In this document: one piece after another, positions 46,708 through 55,914 of the stretch
Layout of the letters: each line of letters opens with the position of its first letter
How positions within the stretch are numbered: position 1 is the first letter of the stretch
Source of the DNA: Candidatus Latescibacterota bacterium
Lineage (GTDB): Bacteria; Latescibacterota; UBA2968; UBA8231
Reading direction: 5' to 3'
Length of the DNA stretch: 64,000 nucleotides
Assembly (NCBI GenBank): GCA_965215195.1
Contig: CBDCDC010000002.1
Span: 1,632,001 to 1,696,000 of the forward strand
Program-made: the position numbers and the translations under genes
The notes under the pieces: model-generated
The model's input: the letters and a program-made list of their open reading frames with translations, nothing else
Told to the model about the DNA's origin: nothing
The model's database searches: none

Positions 46708-46809
46708 GATTTCTTTTTAATTTAAGTTTAAGAGAATCAAGGACATAACTAAAAATAGCACCTAGTGAAAATAGGGTGCAAGAGGTGCTAAATCAAGCCC
46801 GGCCTACCC

Positions 46810-47856
46810 ATGTTTGACTTGGCCCCAACTCGCCTGCGCACCCTCGTGGAAGCGTTTCCCGCGCTACGCATCGGCGTAGTCGGCGACTTTTTCCTCGACT
46901 CCTATCTCGAATGCGACCCATCCCTCCACGAAAAGTCGCTGGAGACCGGCAAGACCTGCTATCAGGTGATCGGCTACCGCCGCCAACCCGGGGCTGCCGG
47001 CAATGTGGCCGCCAACTTGCGCACCCTCGGCGTGGGTGCGGTCGAGGCCGTGGGCTATTGCGGCGACGACGGCGAAGGCTACGAACTGCGGCGGGCCATG
47101 CGCCGACTGGGCCTAGACTTGACGGGCTTTTTCACCGCTCCGGGCCGCCTGACCCCGACCTATGACAAGCCCTGCTACGTCGCTAGCAGCCAGCGCGGCC
47201 GACCCGTACTCGAGGAACTAGAGCGGCTCGATGTCAAAAACCGCCGCCCGACCCCTGCCAGCCTCCAACGCGCGCTCATCGCCCACGTCCGCCAGCGTCT
47301 AAGCCACTGGGACGGACTCGTACTCAGCGACCAAGTCGCCGAAGCCAATTGCGGCGTCCTCACCACGCGCGTGCGCCGCGCCATCGCCGCTGCACTCGGC
47401 CCCCAGCCAGAGCTTGTAGCCCTCGCCGATTCGCGCATGCGCATCGGGCTCTTCAAGCGCACCATCCTCAAGCCCAACCAGCGCGAGGCTTGGGCCGCGC
47501 TCGGCGGCCACGGGCACTTGTCGCTCGAGGCCGCACACCACCACGCCCACGTGCTCAGCAACCAGACCGGTCGCCCGGTATTTCTAACGCTTGGCAAGAG
47601 GGGAATACTCGTAGCCGACGGCAACGCAGTCGAGCGCGTACCGGCCGTGTGCCTCACCGCACCCGTCGACCCGGTCGGTGCCGGGGACACTTGTGCGGCC
47701 GCCCTCTGCGCGGCCCTATCGGCAGGTGCCGGGCTGACGGAAGCGGCGACCGTAGCCTGCTTGGCTGCGTCCATTACCGCTCAGCAGGTCGGCACGACCG
47801 GCACGGCTTCGCCCACCGATCTGAGCCGCCGCTTGCATCAGTTGCGGCGCAGCTAG
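46810..47856 (+). CDS. PfkB-family sugar kinase (HldE/RfaE kinase-domain-like)
   Basis: VVGDFFLD, GAAGNVAANL, LKPNQRE, DPVGAGDT, GT. Confidence 0.85.
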   Translation: MFDLAPTRLRTLVEAFPALRIGVVGDFFLDSYLECDPSLHEKSLETGKTCYQVIGYRRQPGAAGNVAANLRTLGVGAVEAVGYCGDDGEGYELRRAMRRLGLDLTGFFTAPGRLTPTYDKPCYVASSQRGRPVLEELERLDVKNRRPTPASLQRALIAHVRQRLSHWDGLVLSDQVAEANCGVLTTRVRRAIAAALGPQPELVALADSRMRIGLFKRTILKPNQREAWAALGGHGHLSLEAAHHHAHVLSNQTGRPVFLTLGKRGILVADGNAVERVPAVCLTAPVDPVGAGDTCAAALCAALSAGAGLTEAATVACLAASITAQQVGTTGTASPTDLSRRLHQLRRS

Positions 47857-49691
47857 GATGCGTAGGTCTGTTCGACGACTGTGCGATACCGCTCGACGAT
47901 CGCCTTGGGCACGACCTTCTTCAGGCCCTTGGTCAAGGTCCCGGCGTCCTCGCTCAGCGGCTCGGGCAAGAGCGCGACGCGCTGCGGCCGCTGGTAGCTC
48001 GGCAAGCCGGCGGCTGTGGCCTCGGCGAGAAGCCCGGCGCGGATTTGCTCGCCCAAGCTCGGATGCGTGCGCAGAGCGGCCTCGTCCTCTATCGGCAACC
48101 CGTCAATGCCGCTCTTTTTCGCCTCTTCCACATCCACCGTCACCAACGGCAGAGGGTAGTCGCGCTGCTGGTCGCCGTACACGATCACGTGCTCAACTAA
48201 GGGCACCCGGGCGAAAATCCGCTCCAAGGCTTCGGGATTGACGAACTCGCCGTTGCGCAGCTTGAACTGCCGGCCAACCCGCCCGTGGAACGTGAGAAAG
48301 CCCTCGTCGTCCATGCTGAACAAGTCGCCGGTCCGATACCAGATCTGGCCGCCCTCCTCCACCAGCACCTGCTCGGTCTGCGCGGGGTCGCGTAAATACC
48401 CGCGCATGACGTTGGGGCCGCTGGTCCACAGCTCCCCGACCTGGTCGCGGCTGGGCCGGCACTCGGCCTGCGCTGGATCGTTGTACCCAATTTCCGACCC
48501 GTCTTCGGCCACGATCTTCACCGCTTGCAACGGCCTCCCCACCGTGCCGCTCTTGCGCCCGCCGAGATGGTTGGCGGCAATCAGGGGTGCACACTCGGTC
48601 GTGCCGTAGCCTTCGTACGTAGTGATGTCGAGCACTTCGTGAAAAAAGTCCAAGGCCTGGGGATCGGCCTTGGCCGAGCCCACGATCAAAAGCTCTAGAT
48701 GAGGCCCGACCCGCGTGGCGAGCTGAGCGCGGATTTTGCCGATGATGGAACGGCCTAGGGCGGCCAAAAAGAGCTTGTCGCCCAGCCCAGCTTGGCCGCG
48801 CACCAACCGCTCCTTGGCCGCAACTGAGCGCTGGATCAAGCCCCCCTTGACGCCGCCGCCGTCGATTTCCTTGCGCACATTGCCGTACACTTTGTCGAGG
48901 ATCAGCGGCACGGTGAGAAAGCCCTCCGGCTCGGAGAGGCGGATATCGCTGAGGACGCGGTCGGGCGAGCGCGCCAAGTCCAAAATCCACCCCTTGGCCA
49001 AGGGATAGTAGATGTTGAGAATTCCCATAGAGTGGTAGTCGGGCGCGGACTTGAACATGCGGAGAGGATGGCGCGTGCTAATCACGTCCCAAACCTCTTC
49101 GACGTTGGCGACGATGTTGGCGTGGGTCTGGATCACGCCCTTGGGCAGGCCGGACGAACCCGAGGTATAGAGAATTTTCGCTTCGTCTTCCGGCAGCAGT
49201 TCGACCTCGGGGACGGCCGCGCTGCTCTCGGCCAACTCGTCCCACGAGATCGCGTCCTCGGCTTGGCCCTCGGTCAACGCGATTTGCGGCGTCTTGTCGA
49301 GCCGCTGCCGAATCGCACCCAACCGCTCGTAGCCCTTGCGATCCACCACCAGCAATTCGACCGCAGAGTGCGCGATGCTGTGGGCGAGCACCTCGTCCGG
49401 CGACTGGATGCACAGCGGCACTGCACTGACCCCGATGCAGTCGGTCGCCAAAAAAATCAAGAGCGGCTCGCTGCCGCCATCGGTGAGGATGCCCACGCGC
49501 TGGCCCTTGGCCAAGCCCTGCGCCGCAAGGCCCGCCGCAAGCCGATCGCGGCGGCTTTTGAGCGCGGCGTAGGTCACGGGCTGGTAGGTCCATGCGCGGC
49601 TGCCCTCTACGGGTTCGAGCACGCGAATGGCCGTCTGTTCGGCATACGTTGCGAAGCTATGGTTGAGTAGGTCCTTCAGGGTTTTTCCCAT
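47853..49691 (-). CDS. Long-chain fatty-acid--CoA ligase (AMP-binding)
   Basis: YTSGSSGLPKGV, YEGYGTTE, GPNVMRGY, WYRTGD, NGEFVNPE.LE. Start placed at ATG 49691. Confidence 0.92.
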   Translation of the reverse strand: MGKTLKDLLNHSFATYAEQTAIRVLEPVEGSRAWTYQPVTYAALKSRRDRLAAGLAAQGLAKGQRVGILTDGGSEPLLIFLATDCIGVSAVPLCIQSPDEVLAHSIAHSAVELLVVDRKGYERLGAIRQRLDKTPQIALTEGQAEDAISWDELAESSAAVPEVELLPEDEAKILYTSGSSGLPKGVIQTHANIVANVEEVWDVISTRHPLRMFKSAPDYHSMGILNIYYPLAKGWILDLARSPDRVLSDIRLSEPEGFLTVPLILDKVYGNVRKEIDGGGVKGGLIQRSVAAKERLVRGQAGLGDKLFLAALGRSIIGKIRAQLATRVGPHLELLIVGSAKADPQALDFFHEVLDITTYEGYGTTECAPLIAANHLGGRKSGTVGRPLQAVKIVAEDGSEIGYNDPAQAECRPSRDQVGELWTSGPNVMRGYLRDPAQTEQVLVEEGGQIWYRTGDLFSMDDEGFLTFHGRVGRQFKLRNGEFVNPEALERIFARVPLVEHVIVYGDQQRDYPLPLVTVDVEEAKKSGIDGLPIEDEAALRTHPSLGEQIRAGLLAEATAAGLPSYQRPQRVALLPEPLSEDAGTLTKGLKKVVPKAIVERYRTVVEQTYAS

Positions 49692-49793
49692 CGCAAGCCT
49701 CTTTCCGGTGATTTGTATCGTCGTGGTTTGCGGCGCGCAAAAAGGGCCGCCCCAGCCATTGCACCCGCGGCCCGGCGACCGCATCTTTCCTAT

Positions 49794-51422
49794 GTGAACT
49801 TTTCCTGCAAATGCGCCCTAGTCTCGCTGCTGTTAGCCGGCCCGGTCGCCTCCTCGGCCCAGCCCTCGGTGGCCATGTTCGGCTACTCGCTCAGCATGGG
49901 CAGCGTCACCGTTGGCCAAGAGCAACTGTATCGCCTCAGCCTCCGGCCCGACTTCCCCATGGGCCGCTTGGGCATTGGCCTCGACCTAGAGCTTTTTGTC
50001 GAGCGCAATGGCGACCTCGGGTCCCGCGGCTGGGAGGCTGGCTCGTCAACTCAAACCTTCGACTCGATCTTGCGCAAGATCTACTACGTGCGCTATGGCC
50101 GTCCCAACGACGCGGTGTACGTCAAAATCGGCGCACTCGACGACGTGACGCTGGGGTACGGCCTCATCATGGACAACTACCGCAACACCCTGCACTATCC
50201 AGGCATCAAGAAAACCGGACTCCAGTTCCGCATCGCCAATCTCGCCGGCACTAATATCGGACTCGAAGGAGCGATCAACAACCTGCAAGACTTCCAAGAG
50301 GGCGGTGCGCTCATCGGCCTGCGGGCCTTTGGCCGCGCCGCCAACATCGAGTTGGGCGCGACCTTTGTGGCCGATCTCGACCAGTACAGCGGCCTGCGCG
50401 ACAGCGATTTCGACGGCGTGCCCGACCCTATTGACGCCTTCCCGCACGACGGCAACTTCGCCCTCGACAACGACGCCGACGGCGTACCCGACCACCTCGA
50501 CAGCGACGACGACAACGACGGCATCATCGACGCCGACGCCGGCAGCGGCCTCTCGGCCGACATCGCCTCCGCCTTGTTGGGGCTCAACGCCAATTACGGC
50601 GACGCCTTCCCAATAGACCAAGACGTGGACCGCCGCAAGCCCTTCAACAGAAACCGCGTTGGCCGCGACTTCTTTTCGATCTTGGGCGTAGATGTGGGCT
50701 ATCCGCTCATCCACGACTTAGGCCTACAGCTCAAGCTCTACGGCCAATTCGCCCTGCTGCTCGACGACCGCGACAACCTCTCCAGCTTGGAGGCGCAACA
50801 GCAGGGCGTTTTCCCCGGCAATCGCCAAGCGACCGGGTTTGGGGTCGCCGCCCCGAGCCTAGGGCTGGCTTTAGGCCCGCTCAACGGCCAACTGGAGTTC
50901 CGCCACTTCCGCCGCGATTTTGACTCGCGTTACTTCGACGAGCTGTACGAACTCAACCGCGCTCACCTCGACCTCGCCACCGGACAGGCCCAGTCCAAGG
51001 ACGCACGGCTAGGCCACAGCAACGATCTCTCCGGCTTCTTCGGGCACTTGGGCACTGAACTCGGCTCGTACGCGCATGCCTCGGCCTCCTATCAGTACCT
51101 GACGGGCACCAGCGACCCCAAACAGCAGCTCATCGCCAGTGCATCCCTATCGCGCAAACTGCTCAAATACTTCCCCCGCCTCAAGCGCGCGTACGCTTAT
51201 TTCCACAAGAACAACATCGGTCGGCACCTCAACGAGGACGGCACCGGCCAAGACAGCTTCTTCGAGCCAACCGAGGACACGTTCTATGGATTTGACATCG
51301 GCCTGAACGCAAAAGAAGGCGCGTCGGTGCGTTGGGATACCCGCTTCGTCTTTGAGCGTGCGGCCGATGGACGCCTGCAACGACTCAAAATTATGACCCT
51401 CGAAACCGTATTCGACTTTTGA
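49794..51422 (+). CDS. Hypothetical outer-membrane protein with a thrombospondin type-3-like acidic insertion
   Basis: Signal-like N-terminus, IYYVRYG, GALDDVTLGYGLIM, DSDFDGVPD..DAFP.D...DNDADGVPD..DSDDDNDGIID, terminal ETVFDF. Start is uncertain (GTG 49794). Confidence 0.7.
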   Translation: MNFSCKCALVSLLLAGPVASSAQPSVAMFGYSLSMGSVTVGQEQLYRLSLRPDFPMGRLGIGLDLELFVERNGDLGSRGWEAGSSTQTFDSILRKIYYVRYGRPNDAVYVKIGALDDVTLGYGLIMDNYRNTLHYPGIKKTGLQFRIANLAGTNIGLEGAINNLQDFQEGGALIGLRAFGRAANIELGATFVADLDQYSGLRDSDFDGVPDPIDAFPHDGNFALDNDADGVPDHLDSDDDNDGIIDADAGSGLSADIASALLGLNANYGDAFPIDQDVDRRKPFNRNRVGRDFFSILGVDVGYPLIHDLGLQLKLYGQFALLLDDRDNLSSLEAQQQGVFPGNRQATGFGVAAPSLGLALGPLNGQLEFRHFRRDFDSRYFDELYELNRAHLDLATGQAQSKDARLGHSNDLSGFFGHLGTELGSYAHASASYQYLTGTSDPKQQLIASASLSRKLLKYFPRLKRAYAYFHKNNIGRHLNEDGTGQDSFFEPTEDTFYGFDIGLNAKEGASVRWDTRFVFERAADGRLQRLKIMTLETVFDF

Positions 51423-51423
51423 C

Positions 51424-52536
51424 GTGAAAATCACCCGCGTATCCGCCCATTACCTGCGCCTGCCCAACGTCACCGCCCACTGCGACGGCACGCAGGACAC
51501 CTGTCTGATTCAAATAGAAACCGACGCCGGCATCACCGGCTGGGGCGAAGTTGATTCGGCCCCCACCGTGGTCAAGGCCGTCGTCGAGGCGCCGCTCTCC
51601 CACCAGATTAGCAACGGCCTCGCCAATGCGCTAGAGGGCCTAGACCCGCTGGCCATCGACGTATGCGGGGATCGCATGCTCGACGCGGCCAATTACTACG
51701 GCCGCGTCGGCGTGGGCACACACGCCATGGCTGGCGTCAACCTCGCGCTGTGGGACATTGCGGGCAAGGCGCGCGGCTGCCCGGCCTACGAGCTGCTCGG
51801 CGGCCCCTATCAAAGCAAATTCCGCGCGTATTGCTCCGTCCTCTTCGGCGACACGCCGCAAGAGACCAGCGAGCTGGCCCGCCGCTTTGCCGACGAGGGG
51901 TTCACGGCCATCAAGTTCGGCTGGGGGCCGATGGGGCAGAGCGAGGCCAACGATATCGCCTTGGTGCGCGAAGCGAGGAAGGGGGCCGGGCCGGAAGTGG
52001 ACATCTTGGTGGATGCTGGGCAGGTGTGGGACTGGAAAACCGGCCTCAAGCGCGCCGAGCAGTTTGCCGAGTACGGCGTATTCTGGCTCGAAGAACCTTT
52101 GCACCCCGAGGATGTTGCAGGCTATGCGCATCTCTGCGAGCGCAGCCCGGTGCCCATCGCCACGGGCGAGGCCGAGTCGCGCTATCGGGATTTTGAGCGG
52201 CTGCTCGTCGAGGGCCGCATCGACTGGGTTCAGCCGGACCCGGGCCGCTGCGGGCTTTCGACCATGGTCGCGGTTGGCCGCCTCGCGCACCGCCTACACC
52301 GCAAAGTAGTAAACCACTCGTTCAAAAGCGGCATCACCATCGCGGCCTCCCTGCACGGGCTAGCGGCGGTCCCCCACGGCGAGGTCTTTGAATACTGCAT
52401 GGCCGACTCGCCCTTGCGCCATGACTTGACGCACGAAAAATTCGCGGTCGTCGATGGGTACGTTCACGTGCCGGAGGGGCCGGGGTTGGGCGTGACCATC
52501 AATGAAGAGATCGTAGAAAAGTACCTAGTGAGCTAA
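51424..52536 (+). CDS. Mandelate racemase/muconate lactonizing enzyme family (enolase superfamily)
   Basis: IETDAGITGWGE, ALWDIAGK, LLGG, GFTAIKF, LVDAG, WLEEP, IATGE, QPD, H, P.GPGLGV. Confidence 0.93.
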   Translation: MKITRVSAHYLRLPNVTAHCDGTQDTCLIQIETDAGITGWGEVDSAPTVVKAVVEAPLSHQISNGLANALEGLDPLAIDVCGDRMLDAANYYGRVGVGTHAMAGVNLALWDIAGKARGCPAYELLGGPYQSKFRAYCSVLFGDTPQETSELARRFADEGFTAIKFGWGPMGQSEANDIALVREARKGAGPEVDILVDAGQVWDWKTGLKRAEQFAEYGVFWLEEPLHPEDVAGYAHLCERSPVPIATGEAESRYRDFERLLVEGRIDWVQPDPGRCGLSTMVAVGRLAHRLHRKVVNHSFKSGITIAASLHGLAAVPHGEVFEYCMADSPLRHDLTHEKFAVVDGYVHVPEGPGLGVTINEEIVEKYLVS

Positions 52537-52669
52537 CGGACGTTGCGCATCGCCCTGTCTGTGCGCGAGGCACTGGCCGCTCTTCGCGCCCTCGGGTTTA
52601 TTTTACTTTATTTTTCGTCGATAGAAAGTTCGCACCCCGCACATCGAGCGACAAGAGAGGAGGGTTGCC

Positions 52670-53254
52670 ATGCTCAGCCCCAACCCGGCCGTCAAGTTCA
52701 CCTATGAGGACTACCAGCACACCCCAGAGGACCAGCACTACGAGTTATTGGACGGAGAGTTGATTATGGCCCCCGCGCCCAACCTAGGACACCAGCGAAT
52801 TGACACCAAATTGGGATGGCGACTGGCTCAATTTGTGGAGGAGCGGGATTTGGGCGAAGTCTTTTTCGCGCCCTGCGACGTGGTGCTGTCGAACGCAGAT
52901 GTGGTGCAGCCGGATCTGCTGTTCGTCTCCCACCAGCGAGCGCACCTATTGCTCGGCGGCGCGAATGTCCTCGGCGCACCGGATTTGGTCGTCGAGATCC
53001 TGTCGCCTTCCACGGCCGGGCGGGACCGGACGCTCAAACGCACCCTGTACGCCAAGCACGGGGTGCAGGAGTACTGGCTGGTCGATCCAGACGCCCGGAC
53101 GGTGACGGTGCTGCGGCTGGATGCAGGTGCCTTTGAGGTGGCGGCCCTGTACGGCGAGGGGCAGACGATGACCTCGCCTACACTCGCCGGCTTCACCGCT
53201 GACCTGAACGAAATTTTCGGCCCCCGCGCCCAACCCAAGGCACCAGCGAATTGA
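52670..53254 (+). CDS. Uma2-family endonuclease
   Basis: YELLDGEL..APAP...HQ, VVQPDL, GAPDLVVEILSPST...D...K...Y...GVQEYWLVDP. Confidence 0.93.
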   Translation: MLSPNPAVKFTYEDYQHTPEDQHYELLDGELIMAPAPNLGHQRIDTKLGWRLAQFVEERDLGEVFFAPCDVVLSNADVVQPDLLFVSHQRAHLLLGGANVLGAPDLVVEILSPSTAGRDRTLKRTLYAKHGVQEYWLVDPDARTVTVLRLDAGAFEVAALYGEGQTMTSPTLAGFTADLNEIFGPRAQPKAPAN

Positions 53255-53452
53255 CGCCAAACCTACCTGCCCGGCCGCCGCGAGACCTATGTCCACAGGC
53301 GTAAAGCGGATATTAACCCAATAAGACCGTAGGGCGTCCCGCCAAAAACGCCCACTCAGGTCAGGGGTCGTGTACTTAGATAAAAATGTCTTTTACCGCT
53401 CTTGCGCCTTGCCTCAGGATAAAAATTGCCCCAGATGCCGGCGGCTCGTACT

Positions 53453-53485
53453 TTACAGATTGTAAATTCAATTTCCAATCTGTAA
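53453..53485. promoter_or_regulatory. 33-bp near-perfect palindrome directly upstream of the AAA_14 gene (operator-like)
   Basis: ttacagattg-t-aaatt-c-aattt-c-caatctgtaa, ending 10 nt before the GTG start. Confidence 0.7.
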
Positions 53486-53495
53486 GGATCGCACC

Positions 53496-54665
53496 GTGAT
53501 TCCTCGGCAAGCCGCCACTTTAGCCGCCAATTTGGCGCGGGCGTTCAAAGTGCTGGCCATCATCGGCCCCCGTCAGTCGGGCAAGACGACGCTAGCCCGC
53601 AGTCTGTTCGGCGACAAACCCTACGTCAACCTCGAAGAGCCGGATCAACGCACCTACGCCCGCGAAGAGCCGCGCCGCTTTCTGGCCCAGTACCCCGACG
53701 GGGCCATCCTCGACGAAGCTCAGCACTGCCCCGACCTGTTCTCCTATCTGCAAGGGCTCGTCGATGCCCAGCCAAGGCCCGGCCAGTTCATTCTCACTGG
53801 ATCGCAGCACTTAGGTTTGGTCGAGCGCATCACCCAGTCGCTGGCCGGTCGGGTCGGCTTTGTCCGGCTGCTGCCTTTTTCCTTGGACGAATTGACCAGC
53901 GGCGGCGTACGTCCCTCCTCCTTGGAAGAGGTCCTCTACATCGGCGGCTATCCCCCGGTGTACGACCAGCCCGTGACGCCTGAGTGGTGGTACAATGCCT
54001 ACATTACGACCTACGTAGAGCGCGATGTGCGGCAGTTGATCAATGTGCGCGACTTGATCGTTTTTCAGCGCTTTGTGGCCCTGTGCGCCGGGCATATCGG
54101 CCAACTGCTCAACACCACCCGCATGGGCGCGGATTTGGGCATAACCCACAATACGGTGCGGACTTGGCTGGACCTCCTCGAAGCTAGTTTCGTCCTCTTT
54201 CGGCTGCGGCCCCACTACCGCAACTTTCGCAAACGACTCATAAAGACGCCCAAACTCTACTTCTACGACACCGGCCTAGCCGCCCGCCTGCTCGGCCTTG
54301 AAGCCCCGCAGCAACTGGCCACTCACCCCATGCGGGGGCCTCTGTTTGAAAACTGGGTTGTGGCCGACCTACTCAAGCAGCGCGGCAACCGCGGCAAGGC
54401 CGACAACTTCTTCTTCTGGCGCAACCACACCGGCTTGGAAGTCGATCTGTTGGCCGACCAAGGCCAAACCCTCTTGCCGGTGGAAATTAAAGCCGGCAGC
54501 ACAGTGGCGGCGGATTGGTTTAGACCGCTGGCTCGCTGGAGCACCCTAGCCGGTGCGGTCGGGCGGTCTCCTTGGCTGGTGTACGGGGGCGATCAGCGGC
54601 AGCAGCGTCGGGGGGTCGATATCGTGCCGTGGGCCGGTATTGGCGAATTGGGAGCGGTGATTTGA
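53496..54665 (+). CDS. AAA_14 ATPase with DUF4143 domain
   Basis: GPRQSGKTT, LDEAQ, ILTGS, SLAGR, GGYP, YVERDV, KTPKLYFYDTGL, G.LFEN, EVD, VEIK. Confidence 0.92.
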   Translation: MIPRQAATLAANLARAFKVLAIIGPRQSGKTTLARSLFGDKPYVNLEEPDQRTYAREEPRRFLAQYPDGAILDEAQHCPDLFSYLQGLVDAQPRPGQFILTGSQHLGLVERITQSLAGRVGFVRLLPFSLDELTSGGVRPSSLEEVLYIGGYPPVYDQPVTPEWWYNAYITTYVERDVRQLINVRDLIVFQRFVALCAGHIGQLLNTTRMGADLGITHNTVRTWLDLLEASFVLFRLRPHYRNFRKRLIKTPKLYFYDTGLAARLLGLEAPQQLATHPMRGPLFENWVVADLLKQRGNRGKADNFFFWRNHTGLEVDLLADQGQTLLPVEIKAGSTVAADWFRPLARWSTLAGAVGRSPWLVYGGDQRQQRRGVDIVPWAGIGELGAVI

Positions 54666-54717
54666 ACAGCCGCTGGCCCTCTGGACGGACGGGCCGACAC
54701 ACAACAGGAGATTGTTT

Positions 54718-55851
54718 ATGCTCATCATCGACGGCCACCTCGACTTGGCCTTCAACGCCCTGCACCACCGCCGCGACCTCACCCAAGACGTCCGCGTCCT
54801 GCGCGAGCGCGAGGACCCCAAACCTGTAGGCCCTTCGCACCCCGACTCACTGCGCGACAGAAAGCGCCCCGAAAGCACCGCCCGCGGCACCGCCACCGTA
54901 TCCTTGCCGCAGATGCGCCAAGGCTGCGTCGGGATCGCGCTCTCGACCATTATGAGCCGGGTGCAGATGCCCACCGGCATCCTCGACGACGGCATGAGAA
55001 CCCAAGAAGCAGCCCACGCCATCGGCCAATCGCATCTCCACTATTACAAGGCATTAGAACGCGAAGGCGAGGTCCGCTTCATCCGCGACCCAAGTGACCT
55101 CAACGCGGCCATTGCCGCTTGGCAACATCCCGACCCAACGACCCCAATCGGCCTAATTCTGAGCATGGAAAGCGCCGACCCCATCTTAGGCCCAGAGCAA
55201 GTAAGGTGGTGGTGGGAGCAGGGCCTGCGCTCGGTGGGTCTGACGCATTTTGGCGCCAATACTTGGGGTCATGGCACCGGCACCCGCGGCGGGTTGTACG
55301 CCGACGCCTATCCCCTGCTCGACGCGCTCGCCGCAACGAACATCGCCCTCGACCTGACCCACGCCTCAGACTTGGTATTTTGGCAGCTTTTGGACTACTG
55401 GTCGGGGCCGGTCCACGCCAGCCACTGCAACTGCCGCGCCCTCGTCCCCGGCCAGCGCCACCTCAGCGACGAGATGGTCCGAGCCATTGCTGAGCGCGGC
55501 GGCGTCATCGGCGCGGTTTTCGCCGAATTCATGCTCAATCCCGCGATCGACTTCGACGACCCGGCCACCTATCCGCAGACCGCCCGCCGCCCCATGTCGG
55601 CTGTCGTCGATCACCTCGACCACATCTGCCAACTCGTCGGTAACTGCGACCACGTCGCCATCGGCTCCGATCTCGACGGCGGCTTTGGGCGCGAAATGGC
55701 CCCCATCGACTACGACACCATTGCCGACCTACAGCGCTTCCTCGACATTCTCGACCGGCGGGGCTACTCGACCAACGACATGGCGGCCATAGCCCACGGC
55801 AACCTCGCGCGCTTCTTCCGCCAAGCCTGGAGCGACAGCCATCCCGAATGA
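54718..55851 (+). CDS. Membrane dipeptidase (peptidase M19) family
   Basis: IDGHLDLA, MESADPI, DLTH, HASHCNCRAL...R.LSD, DHI, IGSDLDGG, GN. Confidence 0.92.
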   Translation: MLIIDGHLDLAFNALHHRRDLTQDVRVLREREDPKPVGPSHPDSLRDRKRPESTARGTATVSLPQMRQGCVGIALSTIMSRVQMPTGILDDGMRTQEAAHAIGQSHLHYYKALEREGEVRFIRDPSDLNAAIAAWQHPDPTTPIGLILSMESADPILGPEQVRWWWEQGLRSVGLTHFGANTWGHGTGTRGGLYADAYPLLDALAATNIALDLTHASDLVFWQLLDYWSGPVHASHCNCRALVPGQRHLSDEMVRAIAERGGVIGAVFAEFMLNPAIDFDDPATYPQTARRPMSAVVDHLDHICQLVGNCDHVAIGSDLDGGFGREMAPIDYDTIADLQRFLDILDRRGYSTNDMAAIAHGNLARFFRQAWSDSHPE

Positions 55852-55914
55852 CTTGAACAATTCAAGAGCGGCTATTTTGCTCCTCACCTTGCAAATAACT
55901 AGGATCGCCATACT

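Noticed and set aside
46756-46790. tagcacct-N19-aggtgcta inverted repeat resembling CIRCE
   Set aside because: CIRCE is TTAGCACTC-N9-GAGTGCTAA. The spacing and sequence do not fit and the flanking genes are not chaperones. It may still be a weak operator.
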